Shown in pieces: positions 1-16,036 of a stretch of 64,000 nucleotides of DNA. Made by a program: the position numbers and the translations under genes. The DNA is taken from the NCBI GenBank assembly GCA_051294375.1, contig CM119268.1, positions 23,664,035 through 23,728,034 on the forward strand. The letters are read 5' to 3'. This stretch comes from Paraspadella gotoi. Taxonomy: Eukaryota; Animalia; Chaetognatha. Position 1 is the stretch's first letter; the number at the start of each line of letters is the position of its first letter. The notes below the pieces were generated by a model, which worked only from the letters and a program-made list of their open reading frames with translations, was not told the DNA's origin and made no database searches.

Positions 1-46
1 TGGAATTAGTTTAACTACTGAGTGGAGGACCTTCTGGGGTGCAATT

Positions 47-343
47 ATGCACTCTGATACCTCTTTCTATGTCAGGTCTTCTATTTGGCGCCAGGTGAGC
101 TTAAATATCTGGACAGAATACATGGATTACGCATATGTAGGAAGAGGTGATGGTAATTGTGAGCTTTGTGGTGTTGTAGCACGTGAGCGGTGGCATATTT
201 TGACTCAGTGTGAAGTGGTTGTAAGACTTTGGGAGAAATTGAGTGTGACACAGTTGAAATTTGATAATAAGAGAGTTGATAACCGAGAAATGACCTTAGG
301 TTTAACAGGACAAGGGGCTAATGTAAGGTTAAGAAATAAATAG
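47..343 (+). mobile_element. Fragment of non-LTR retrotransposon (L1/Tx1-like) ORF2 C-terminal CCHC zinc-knuckle region
   Basis: Translation CELCGVVARERWHILTQCEVVVRLW matches the C-x2-C...E-x2/3-H-x4-C...W motif of L1/Tx1 ORF2 C-termini. The element is truncated by the window edge. Confidence 0.7.
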
Positions 344-384
344 GTTTTTCTTTAAGTTAGTATCCTTTAGGGTCACAAATTGGA

Positions 385-470
385 AGAATTATCGTGATTT
401 ATCATCTGATTAGCAGATTAGCGCTTAATAATTGTGGGCAGATCCGACATTGTTTGCTCTAACTTGTTTT
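385..470 (+). mobile_element. 3' end fragment of DINE-1/pearl-like non-autonomous element
   Basis: tgggcagatccgacattgtttgct terminus is shared with copies at ~51335, ~60650 and ~63930. Confidence 0.55.
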
Positions 471-635
471 TTTTAATTTCGTCAATGGGTAACCGGTCTT
501 TGGGTCATGAGTTCAGATTAAGCGTTAAATAATGAAAAGGAGCAGCATATGACGTCAAAGCACATTTCAAATTTAAAGAAAAAAATAAGAAATTTTAAAT
601 TAATTGCTTGGATTAAAACAATTGAGAAGAGAGAA

Positions 636-686
636 AACAAGTTTGAGCAAAAAATGTCGAATCTGCCCACGATAATTTAGCGGTAA

Positions 687-718
<32 letters not shown>

Positions 719-1482
719 ATAGAAAAAACTATAGTAGAATTAATTAAAATTATATTACAATTATAAATAAAATTTTCACTTGCATCATTAATTAATTAAG
801 TGAAAAAATGATGCACTTTGATAAAATGATGCAAGTTAAAAAATGAAACAAGTTGAAAAAATAAAGCAAGTTAAAAAAATGATGCGAGTTGAAAAAAATG
901 ATGCGAGTAAAATAAAATCTGGAAAATTATGAGTAAGCATAAATAATAAAAATTCAACTCAACTTGACTTTGGTTTTTTCAATGCAAACTCATTTCCACT
1001 CCTTGATTCCATCGAAACTTTATATCGTGCTCAATCACACACTTTCCTACCCACACACAAAATATAATCTCAATCTATCCATCCAATTTTGATTTTTTTG
1101 AGTAATTATGGGTTAAAATTACTAAAAAGATTTAAGTTAATTTGACTTATTTTTTTTTCCATTTAAACTCATTTTTACTCGCACGATTCCATCGAAACTT
1201 TATATCCAGCTCAATCACACCCATTTCTCTCCATACACAAAATGTCATTCCAATAAATACATCCAATCATGAGCAATTGGAGTTTAATGAAAAGGTGGGA
1301 CGGACCTTCAGACGGACAGATGGACAGACGGACGGACATCGTTTTTTTTTGCTTAATTTAGCATAATATGATGTTTTTATGTGATAAAAATTCTTTACTG
1401 ACAAGATTTAGGGGTGGGACCGACGGACCGACAAAGTGAATTATAGAGTCGGAATCTGCTGATAAAGCAGATCCGACTAAAA
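636..1482 (-). mobile_element. DINE-1/pearl-like (Helentron-associated) non-autonomous element
   Basis: Terminal hairpin agtcggaatctgc-tgataaa-gcagatccgact (1447-1479), internal GACG/GACA microsatellite (~1300-1337), internal tandem subrepeats, and the opposite end gtcgaatctgcccacg. It is the reverse complement of the copies at 50735-51365 and 60040-60686. Confidence 0.65.
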
Positions 1483-2869
1483 AGAAAGAAATGAATTTTC
1501 AGTTAATTGCTTTGATTGAAACAATTGATAAGCGGCAATCAAAGGCGATAAGTAATTATATTTTTTGGGCTTTTTTTTTTTCTCTCTCTCTCTCCAACTT
1601 TGTTTTTTCTCTCTCTCTCTATTCTCTTTAATGTAATTTTATATCAGACAGTTGGTAAAGAGTTAATTGCAATTCGATTCCAGACAATTGGCAGCGTCCT
1701 TTCTCACTTTTTTGGACCTAAATGGAATCTGATCCTACTTCTCCAGACGAGGATTTTACTAAAATCGAAAATTAAAAAAAATCGGATTCCACTAGAATCG
1801 TATTCTGTGGATTTGAATCTCTTTTATTTTATTTTCTTTGTTCTGTTGTTGACCTGAGACCTGAGACCTGAGACCAGAGAGAAGTTGTTGTCGTTGTTGT
1901 CTTTGTTGTTTTAGTTCTTTCTTTTTATCATCGTCAGATTTTTTTTACATTTTCCAAATATGTCATTTTATATCGTCAAAGCTTAGTTTCTGATTAATGA
2001 TTTTCCAACAGGAATGATGTACGACATCTATTTGAAATCTGGAAAAGAAAGTAATCTCACCTTGTGTTGTATAAATAGATAGATATCATAAATAATAGAT
2101 ATTTTAAATTAAAAAAAAATAAAGATAGTAAAACAAGTAATTGTGCAACTTTCATAATCTACGTTAGAATTCAACTTTATTTTTGTGGAACCGAGCCAAT
2201 AGATAAAAATGCTGATAAAATTGAGCCAACAGATAAAAATTCTGATAAAGTTTGAATTAACTCATGTCATTTCGATAAGAATTTTTTTAAAAATTTAATC
2301 AGGAAGATTTTGAAAACAGCGAGGCTAAAAAACCTCACGCGATTTTAGTATTATAAATAAACTTGAAATCAACAGTAGAATAAAAAAAATTGTTTTGAAA
2401 AATAAATAAAAAAGCTAAACTCAACTCACAGAATCTGGAATCCTAACAAACTTGTGAATCTTTTAGTGAGTCAACTTGAATCTTATGCGTGTTTTGCAAT
2501 CTTGGCTTTTAAAAAAACTTTCTGAAATATTAATTAATTTTTTATATTATCAAAATTATTACAATATGTTATTACAATATTTTTTTCATAATCGGAAAGA
2601 GTCCCAACATAAAAAAGGAAAAAAAATTCTTGGTATTCAAATTTATTTAGAATATTATTAGAACAAAGTTTTGAAAAGAGATATAATGAAATAAAAATCT
2701 TTTCAAAAACTTTGTTCTAAATCAAATCACAACGAAACAGAACGGAAAAAATACAAGAATATTATTAGTAATTTTATCGGGAATTAAATCGTTAAAAATA
2801 TTAAATAATAATATATTTTCGTTGCGCTCTTCGTTATCGATTATGCTCAGAATCTACCTCTCGCCAACC

Positions 2870-4288
2870 ATGAACGACCCCAAGGTTGAATCGGATCAAC
2901 CGCCTCCTTACGTCTCGACTCACTACGAAACGTTTCCCTCTGGCGCCACCTACACGGCGCCGAATCCGCAGCAGCAGTCGTACGGGCAACAGCAGCAGTA
3001 CGGCCCCCCGCTGCCGTACGGGCAACAGGTGGTCTACGTGCAACAGCAAATTGCGCCGCCGATTTCGGAGACAGAAATAGATGACCATTTGTCTTTGGCC
3101 GTCTTTGCTACCATCTGCTGCTTTTGGCCAGTCGGTCAGTAGGGTTTGGGTCTGAGATGTTTGGCCAGTGGGTGAGGAAATTTGGGCTTGAGTGATTGGG
3201 CTAAATATTTTTTGGCTTTGGAAGTTTGGCTCTAGTCGTTTGTCTATTCGGTATAGAATTTAAAAGTAAAAGATTTAGGCTAATTATTTGGCCTGAGATA
3301 TTTTACCTTTGGGTGGGGAATTTGGACTTGAGAGATTGGGCCAAGGATTGTTTGGCCTGAGATATTTTACTTTTGGGTGGGGCATTTGGGCTTGGAGATT
3401 GGGCCAAGGATTTTTTGGCCTCATAAGTTTGGCCTCTCGTTAAAAGTTTTGTTGAATGAGTCTGGAGAGATTTTTCAAGTTTTCATTTTTGAAAAAAATG
3501 TTATTAGTAGGTATTAGCAGTATTCGACGAAATTTTTATATTTCTATCGGCCGAAAAATAATAGAGAATTTGATTCCAAAAAACAAGGCTTTTTGAAATA
3601 TTTACTGTATGGAAAATACTAAAAAGAAAAAAAATATTTTTTAAATCTAGGTACTTTACGGGTAAGTCTAACTAAAAACCGAAAAAGAATCTTTCAAATA
3701 TTGGAATAGTACAGAAAGCAATATGTCATTTTATTGTTGCGCAAAAACTAACCGGAAATGCAAATGTATTTTCTCTCAACAAATATTAGAATAATTTTGA
3801 CGTTTAAAAAATTATTGACATCTTTAAAATAGGATGAAAGCTTAAAAATAGGATGAAAGCTTAATAAAATTGGTACAACCAGTATAAAAATATTTCATTC
3901 ATTTAATAAATAAGCTATCTTGTCCCTAACTTTGGACATGCTATGGTGGTTTAAGGACTCCATCTCTATGTTTTACTACAACAAATCGGTTTAAAAAGTT
4001 TATATTTTTTTATTCATTCAAATCCGCTTCATGCTCCCTTTTTTCTTTTTGACCCAAAACATAACCGTCCACAACTTACAACCAACACATTACTCCCACA
4101 ACGCAGGAATTATGGCCCTAATCAACGCCAACGAGTGTCGCTCTGCACGACTAAGAGGCGATCGGGTCACGGCTCAAATCAGAGCACAAGGGGCACGTCG
4201 TTTGGCCCGGCTCGCTATTGGCCTCGGGATTGGGTCCTTGATTTTAGTTGGGGGTTTGATTGGGCTGATTTTGGCCTTGGGAGGTTAG
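2870..4288 (+). CDS. CD225/dispanin family (IFITM/PRRT-like) membrane protein, 2 exons
   Basis: Exon1 2870-3134, phase-1 GT..AG intron 3135-4106, exon2 4107-4288. Spliced product: P/Q/Y-rich N-terminus (QPPPY), DDHLSLAVFATICCFWPVGIMALINANECRSARLRGD..AQ.A..LA and a C-terminal TM helix, the typical CD225 architecture. Confidence 0.9.
3867..3962 (+). repeat. Dispersed repeat family B (short interspersed element, class unknown)
   Basis: Core ttggtacaacca-tataaaaat-ttcatttaataaataagctatcttg-ccct-actttggac recurs at ~7470, ~11890, ~21075, ~27250, ~41240, ~45635 and partially at ~37890. Confidence 0.7.
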
Positions 4289-5204
4289 AGGGGCAGAGAG
4301 AGGGGGGAGAAAGGAGTGAGAGAGAGGAGAGAGAGGGAGAGAAAGGAGAGAGTGGGGAGAAAGGAGAGAGAGGGTGAGAAAGGAAAGAGAGAGAGGAGAA
4401 TGGGAGAGAGAGAGGGATAGGGGAGAGGGATTGGAGAAGAGAGAACATAAAGTGTTGTATTTCATTAACTGTTGAATTTAATCATATAGTATTAAAGTAA
4501 TTCATCTTTTTCTTTTAACTAACAATCACCTCCTTATTAAAGAACATCAAACTGCTTCTTAATTTTTTTTCAGTTATTGAGTCAGTTTAAGTTTTAAGTT
4601 ATTCAAGTAATTTTAAATTTGAAACCCGTTCTTTTCTAGCAAACTTTATTAATAAATCAAACTCATTTCGTTTAAGAAAAAAAATTCCAATATGCAAATT
4701 TCTTTTCGTTAAAATTAAAAAAAAAATTAACATATACCACAGTGGAGATCTTGATTATTATTAGTTCGCCATTTTTATCTCGACCTCCTTCTCTCTACAT
4801 AATATCTAAATTCTAAAGTAGATAAAAAATATATTTCAACTCGACTTTTAAGAATAAAAATATCGGTAATTAAAAATTATTTAAACTCGTTTGAATATTT
4901 GTAACATGTTAAAAATGTTAAAATTGCTCAACGATGAGATCCAGGAAAAGTTTGGATCAAAAAATAGCAAGAAAATAATAATGAGAGTTCCAACCGCCCA
5001 AAAAGGGTAAGGTAATTGACGAGGTGAGGCCTGACCCGAAAAAAAAGATCAGACAAAGGACGAAGACAGACCTCGCCGATCCACACTCGGAGCTGAGAAT
5101 CGCCTTTCCAGATTTACTGACCAAAAAAAGCCTTACCCAAAGACCCAAAGATTAAGACTCGAAAAATAACAAAAATCATCCTTTGTTATCTGGTTGAATC
5201 GGGT

Positions 5205-5251
<47 letters not shown>

Positions 5252-5648
5252 ATGGTTCCAACGATCTTTTTTTTTTATCGCATTAAAATATGTTTTGTGA
5301 TCCCCTTAACTTGAGACTTAGGGCTTAAGACTTAAGGCGTAAAAGTGGTCCTACTACAATTTGCTCGAAAAAAATACTCTGTGAATATATCTTCTTGTAG
5401 GTTTGTATATATTTGTATATTGCAAGTATTTGTACTGATAAAGATTGTAAACACTTATTAGTATTTGAATGTGAAGTTAATTTTTCTAAAGAATCTTTCT
5501 CAGTCGAAGTCAATTTTGGTTTTCTTATTATCTTCGTCGTCGTCGTCGTCGTCGTTTTCGTCGATTCTTCTCAACCTGAACAAAATATCTGACCTGGTCA
5601 ATTAATCCTTGACTGAATGAGAGTAAAAACCCGACACTGGGCATTCAC

Positions 5649-5706
<58 letters not shown>

Positions 5707-5793
5707 GTGGCACGAAATCGACGACAAACGTCTGAACTCAGACTCCGAAGTAATAAATCCAAAACTGGATGAGAGAGAGAGAAGAGAAAGAGA

Positions 5794-5842
<49 letters not shown>

Positions 5843-7461
5843 AGAGAGAGGAGAGAGAGCGCCTAAATGGCAGGTCAGCATTGTGTGCCGAGGATAAAAA
5901 ATAGAAAACCGACAAATGGACATTAAAGGAAGAAAAATGAGAACGAAATTATTTGATATCATTCATAAACGGAGCAGAGGGACACTCAGTAAATAAGAGA
6001 CAAATTCATCAAACAGAAAATTAGATCCGCAGACTACAGATTCAATCAGGAACCTGAAATTGTAAATACCTAACTTATACTTAACTCATACTTAACTTAT
6101 ACCTAACTTTAAATCGTGAAAGTCCCCTTTTAAAGTCAAAATCACAAATGTCAGTTCATTTGCGAGTTGAATCACAATGCGGGTGAGAAATCCTTACAGA
6201 ATTCGCCCCGCAGATCATTGTTACCCTTTCCCCGTTTTTCTCTTTAACTTACCCTCAGGTTTTGTCCGCGCTTACCAGTTAAACCCCCTCAGGCGCTCGC
6301 CGGCTCTTTTACCTTACCTTACCTTACCTGTTAACTATTTCAGTTCCGGTTGGTCACTTTCCTTATTAGTCGGATCTGTTTATCAGCAGATTACGACTAT
6401 ACAGTAAGGCGTAGTGAAAGTTGCAGATCAAAATTCGAATAGTTAATCATGAATAGTCTTGGACTAAAGAACTTTGAATTATAATTTTTTTTTTAAATTT
6501 CTCTATTTTCGCATACGCCCATATTTATACATAGTACTCGCAATAGAAAGTGTCAAAATGTCAAAATATCAAAGCCTAAACGACTGCAATAATATTGATT
6601 TAAAAATTGGATTAGCAATCTTAAAAACATTTGTGAAAATGTAATATAGAGATATTTTGTTTTCCGCGTTCCAGTTAGGGTGAATTCAGGGTTAAAGTTT
6701 TCGGTCACAAATGGAGAAATGAAAAAAATGACAATAAAAGACCCACGCAGGACTTAAAACCGTTTAGGTAATACGATTACTACTAAGCGTTACAATGAGA
6801 CGAATACAATTTCAACCAGCGGGGAAATTCGATTACAACGAAGCGTTACAACGAGTTGACCGAGATCCCAACGGGAGCAGGGCCATTTACAATTGACCTT
6901 TTTTTAGCGATTTCAATTTCCCCCTGTAGTGGGTCCTTCGGTCTCTGTTTTAATCTGGCCGTTCAACTCCCTTGCCCCTTTTCTAACCCCCTCGTAGAAC
7001 CCCCTTGTGACTTACCCCGGATTTAAACCCCCGTTCGGTCGACCCCAACAACGCAGAAATTTCGTCCCGTCACTTGGCCAGTGGCCTCTCACCCGCCGTG
7101 TCTGACTACAACCACCCATCATTTCAGGTCACCCCCTTTCCCCAGGGTGGATCCTACCCTTTCCGGATCAACCCCACGATAGGTCACCAGCTTTTGAGGG
7201 TCACTATTTCTCCCGCTCGCTCTTCCATTTCCATTCTCCCTCTGGCGGTTAGGATAATCAAAACGGACGATAAAAATGGATATGAGGGGAAATTTTTGAT
7301 CACATAAATAGGTACAGTACGCTTATATTGTATAAAGTTATTATTTCATTATGATTAAGTTTTAAAATGAACTCAAGGTACAAACCAAACATATAAATAA
7401 ACTTAACAGCGCGTAATATGCAATTTGGTAATTAATAATAGTGACTCTCACTCTATAGTTT

Positions 7462-7580
7462 ATAAAATCGGTAAAAACAATGTAAAAATTTTTCATTCAT
7501 TTATTAAATAAGCTATCTTGCCCCTGACTTTGCACAGGCTTGGGTAGTTTACACTCTTACAAGATAATAAGATAGCAAGG
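7462..7580 (+). repeat. Dispersed repeat family B copy
   Basis: ttcattcatttattaaataagctatcttgcccctgactttg...cactcttacaagataat. Confidence 0.7.
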
Positions 7581-7732
7581 AATACTATTTTACTGATCTC
7601 ACCTTCGTTTTAAAGGTAAGTTCCTTTTTTCATAACTGACTTCAACTATTGTTACCGCCTTCCGTCTTTTTATTTATTTCCGGAAATCAACTTCATTTTG
7701 CGTCCAAGTCCTTTGCCTTCCATTCGTCCGTG

Positions 7733-7765
<33 letters not shown>

Positions 7766-8202
7766 TGTGTGTGTGTGAAAGGTTTGACCACCAATCGCTG
7801 GCAGATGGACAAGATTGCAGAATCGATGGGAAACCAAAAGTCACGGGTCAATGACGAGAGCGAGACAGAGAGAGAGAGAGAGACAGAGCGAGAGAAAAAG
7901 AGATGGACTGATAGAGGAATAAAAAAAGTAATGGAGCCAGATTATCTTGTCGATCAAAATCGTTTCCTTTTTTTGAAACTGTCGCTTAATTAATTGAGCT
8001 GCTTTAGTCTTATTGTCATTATCAAATTGATAAATAAAAGCATTGAATAGTTGTTTGATTGATTGATTAATTGATTGATTTATTGATTGATGATTGATTG
8101 ATTGATTTATTGATGTAATTAGCAATCTACGCGATCGTTTCCTGAAATTTCCAATGGTTAATCAAACACGGGAGAATTTTTAAGACAAAAGAGATCATGA
8201 AT

Positions 8203-8304
<102 letters not shown>

Positions 8305-9137
8305 ATCTCTATCTCCGTCCTTTCTCTTCCCCGCAAAAAGGGACCCAGTGACTGAGATAATTCATAGATAAAACAGATAAGAAAATCTCTCTGTTTTATT
8401 CTTTACTAATATTTTTTTTTCATTTAAAAAAAAGTTGTTTTTTTGTTTTTATTCATTCAAGCGAAATTAAAATTCGAAGATCGAATTACGCTTCTTATGC
8501 AAGCAATTGTGCAAGCAAGAGAGAGAACCGAGACGAAGAGAGAGTGAGAGACAGAGAGAGAGAGAAGAAAGAAATAAAGAAATAAATAAAGAAAGAAAGA
8601 AATAAAGAAATAAAGAAATAAAGAAAGAAGAAAGAAAGAAAGTATTGGAAGGCAATCCAGAAAGAAAAAAAAGACAAGAAACCAAACAACCCAGCATACA
8701 GAAGAACAGACAAACAAGCAAGCAAGCAAGCTGACATTAAACGAGCGAATTACTTCACACGTAAGTAAATCTCAAATCATCACGTTGAGCTCTGAGGCGA
8801 TGTGAATGAATGTGAATGAATAGACCGAGAAGACTTTTCTCTTCCTTCGATTTACCACTTTTGCTTCAAACGTGAGATTGTGATTATCTTTTTGGTCCAA
8901 CGTGAGCTTTCGCTCATTTCTGTCGTCGTCGTTTTCACTTCAGATGTCACACGTGATACAACGAAGAGTGAGACTCGAAAATAAGTGAACATTTGAGAAA
9001 ATTGTGATTTGGGTGAGAATAGGGAGAGAGATAAGGTAAGCGGCGGTCACCACTCACGAGTGGGGTTAAATTTGAGGTCATAGAAGGTCACATGGACACA
9101 ATCTTGGATTAGTAGACAGAGAAACACTATAATCACT

Positions 9138-9285
9138 AGTCAGTCATTCAGAATATCAGTCAATCGGTCAGTCAGTCAGCCAATCTGTCATTCAGTCAGT
9201 CAGTCAGCCAATCAGTCGGTCAGTCAGCCAATCAGTCAGCCGGTTGGTCCTTTAATTAGTCGGTTGATAAGTCAGTCAGTCAGTT
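9138..9285. repeat. (TCAG)n degenerate microsatellite
   Basis: Repeated gtca/cagt/gcca units seen directly. Confidence 0.8.
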
Positions 9286-9464
9286 TCAATTTTCAACTTT
9301 CACCGCAAAACCACCTTATTATCTTTCAAACGTGAGCCGAGATGAATGACCCATGACCCATGACCCATGACCCAAGCCCAATACCCCGAGGCTTTTGACC
9401 GGAATTAGTCCTTATTCCGTTCGAGAGTCAATTTGAGAATTTGTATCAAAACCAGAACCGCTTT

Positions 9465-9524
<60 letters not shown>

Positions 9525-10311
9525 TCGCCGAGTCTGTATCTGTCTCCGTTTCACTTCCTAATCCCTTAATTACTCCTTTAATTATTTTACATTTATCTTC
9601 CTTTTTTTTCTTTTTTGAGCCAAAGTGATTTCTTTTATGCCACTAATTTTTATTCTTAAAATGAAAATCAATTTTTCTCGAAGTGAATATAAAAAAAATA
9701 TCTTTTTAATGCGCAACAAGTTAAAAAAACAATCGACAATACAATAAATTAAGCATAATATTTAAATAAATTAATAAACGTTAATCAAAAATCGAAGAAT
9801 ATTTTATTTGGTTTCATAATTAAACAGACAACAAATAATTTTTGTTGTTGTTGTTTGTTTGTTGTTTTCTTTTAGTTTTCCGCGCGTTATTTTTTCTGGT
9901 TTTTTTTTTTCGCGCGCAACAAAAAAACAAAAGCGAAAAATAAAAACATAAAAGGAAAAATTCGAACTTCGAAGCAAAACAGTTCGACTGCGAATTTCCC
10001 TTTTGACAAAAAAAAAAAAAAAACAGTTTTGAGCAAAAAAAAAAAAACATTTGGAAAAGGAAACAGTTTTGAGCGCGAAACAGTTTTCAAAATCGGGGGA
10101 AAAAGTTTTCACTAAACAAGACTGAATATTTTAGTACGTATATAAAATCTAACATCTAAATAAATTAACATTAAGTTAACATTGAGCGTCATGTAAATTG
10201 ATCTGGTTAAGTATCAAACATATCCAACAATATAATATCTAATTAACTACTACTATAAAAAAAAGGTGGCCCATCCCCTTAAAAGACCAAATAGAGATTC
10301 TCTCTTCCTTT

Positions 10312-14295
<3,984 letters not shown>

Positions 14296-14429
14296 GATGA
14301 AGGTTCAAGTGGATCGTCGACCCGAATTGAAGTAGAAAATGATGTTGAAAATGATGTAGGAGATGAAGGCTTCGGTTGTCAAAGGATACGAGAGGCGATC
14401 GAGACCGAAGTGGCTCGTCCAAAGTGTCG

Positions 14430-14780
14430 GCCCTTTTCTATACTTGAGGAGCGAGAATGAGAGCAGATGAGTGAGACGAAGAGGCAGATCGAGAGAAGAC
14501 GGAGACGAGAAGACGAGAGAAGACAGGAGAGAGAGAGAGAGAGAGACAGCGTACGTCGACGAGCCTTTTCCTTATTCGGTCGTCACGAGAAAGACATTTG
14601 AAATAAGCGTCTCACGATTGGTTAATCGGCGCGGGACGGTCGCTGATTGGTCAATCGGATCGGGAAGATCTATGATTGGTCGAACAGGTTGAAAAGCGTC
14701 GCTCATTAGTTTTTTGACAGGTGAATCGGCATCGCTGATTGGCCCGGGGAAAGTTGAAAAGGTATTCTGATTGGTTGTGG
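14430..14780 (-). promoter_or_regulatory. Actin proximal promoter: TATA-like box, CArG-like box, array of CCAAT boxes
   Basis: Minus-strand TATAGAAAA at ~14434-14442; CArG-like ccttattcgg 14570-14579 (one mismatch); ATTGG at 14617, 14646, 14675, 14738 and 14770. The region is CpG-rich and lies directly upstream of the actin ATG. Confidence 0.6.
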
Positions 14781-14837
14781 GAAGTCGCTTTAGAAAAAAA
14801 TCGTTTGCGATTAAAAATGATTAGGGGGAAGGGAGAG

Positions 14838-14889
<52 letters not shown>

Positions 14890-15412
14890 AGGGGAAGGGG
14901 AGCGGAAGGAGGGAGAGAAGGGGAAGGGGCTTAGTAAATAAGAAGAGGAAAAGGACAGCAGCAAAAGGAGAAGGAAAGCAGGGGAAGGGAGCAGGGAGAA
15001 GAAGAAGTAGAGAAGGAAAGGGGGCAGGGGGCAAGGGAAAGGAGAGAGGAGAATGGGGAATGTCGGGCATGGATTAGGCGGGGAAAAGCGTGAGAGGGGC
15101 AAGTGGGAGGAGATAGGAAAGGGAAAAAAGCCGGAAAAATTATTACTTTGGGATTTTGAATTCGGGTTGAATTCAGTTTTTTGACTGAATTAAATTTGGA
15201 ACTTAAAAGGAAAATAAGAAAATTTGTGATTTTGATTGTGATGGTTTTTAGTGATGCATCTTATTGTGGGCGATCTTATGATTGTTAGTGAAAAAAAATA
15301 GTTTGTTATTATCTTTATGTTTGATATTAAAATTATTATAAATTTTATATTATTATGATTAACAACATCATTATCATTACCGTATCGTCATCACCTTCAT
15401 GATCATGTTAAT

Positions 15413-15413
15413 G

Positions 15414-15457
<44 letters not shown>

Positions 15458-15480
15458 TATCATCATCATCATCATCATCA
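15413..15480. repeat. (CAT)n microsatellite
   Basis: Seen directly. Confidence 0.9.
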
Positions 15481-15926
15481 CGATCGACGTCGACCCAATT
15501 TTGGTCACATCGTCTCTCGTTGGTTTCACTTTTCACTTTTCACGATTTCAACTGAAAAAATCAAATCGAAAATAAAATGTGATCACNNNNNNNNNNNNNN
15601 NNNNNNNNNNNNNNNNNNNNNNNNNNNNNNNNNNNNNNNNNNNNNNNNNNNNNNNNNNNNNNNNNNNNNNNNNNNNNNNNNNNNNNNNNNNNNNNNNNNN
15701 NNNNNNNNNNNNNNNNNNNNNNNNNNNNNNNNNNNNNNNNNNNNNNNNNNNNNNNNNNNNNNNNNNNNNNNNNNNGAGAGAGAGATAAGTCCACAAGTAT
15801 ACAAAACATATATACAGTTCTTTATTTTGTTTTCTGAGTTTCATGACGTGATATTGATAAGTTTATAAACATTTCTAAGATCGAAACGTTGTGATATAAA
15901 TCCTTTCTTTTCGTTGTTTGAGAGAA

Positions 15927-16036
15927 TTAGAGACAGTTTGAGTTCAGTTTTGACAACGATTTTGTTTTAATTAAAACAATAAAACATTTACATTAAAACA
16001 AAATCGTTGTCAAAACTGAACTCAAACTGTCTCTAA
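15927..16036. repeat. Perfect 45-bp inverted repeat with 20-nt spacer
   Basis: 15927-15971 ttagagacagtttgagttcagttttgacaacgattttgttttaat is the exact reverse complement of 15992-16036. Confidence 0.95.
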
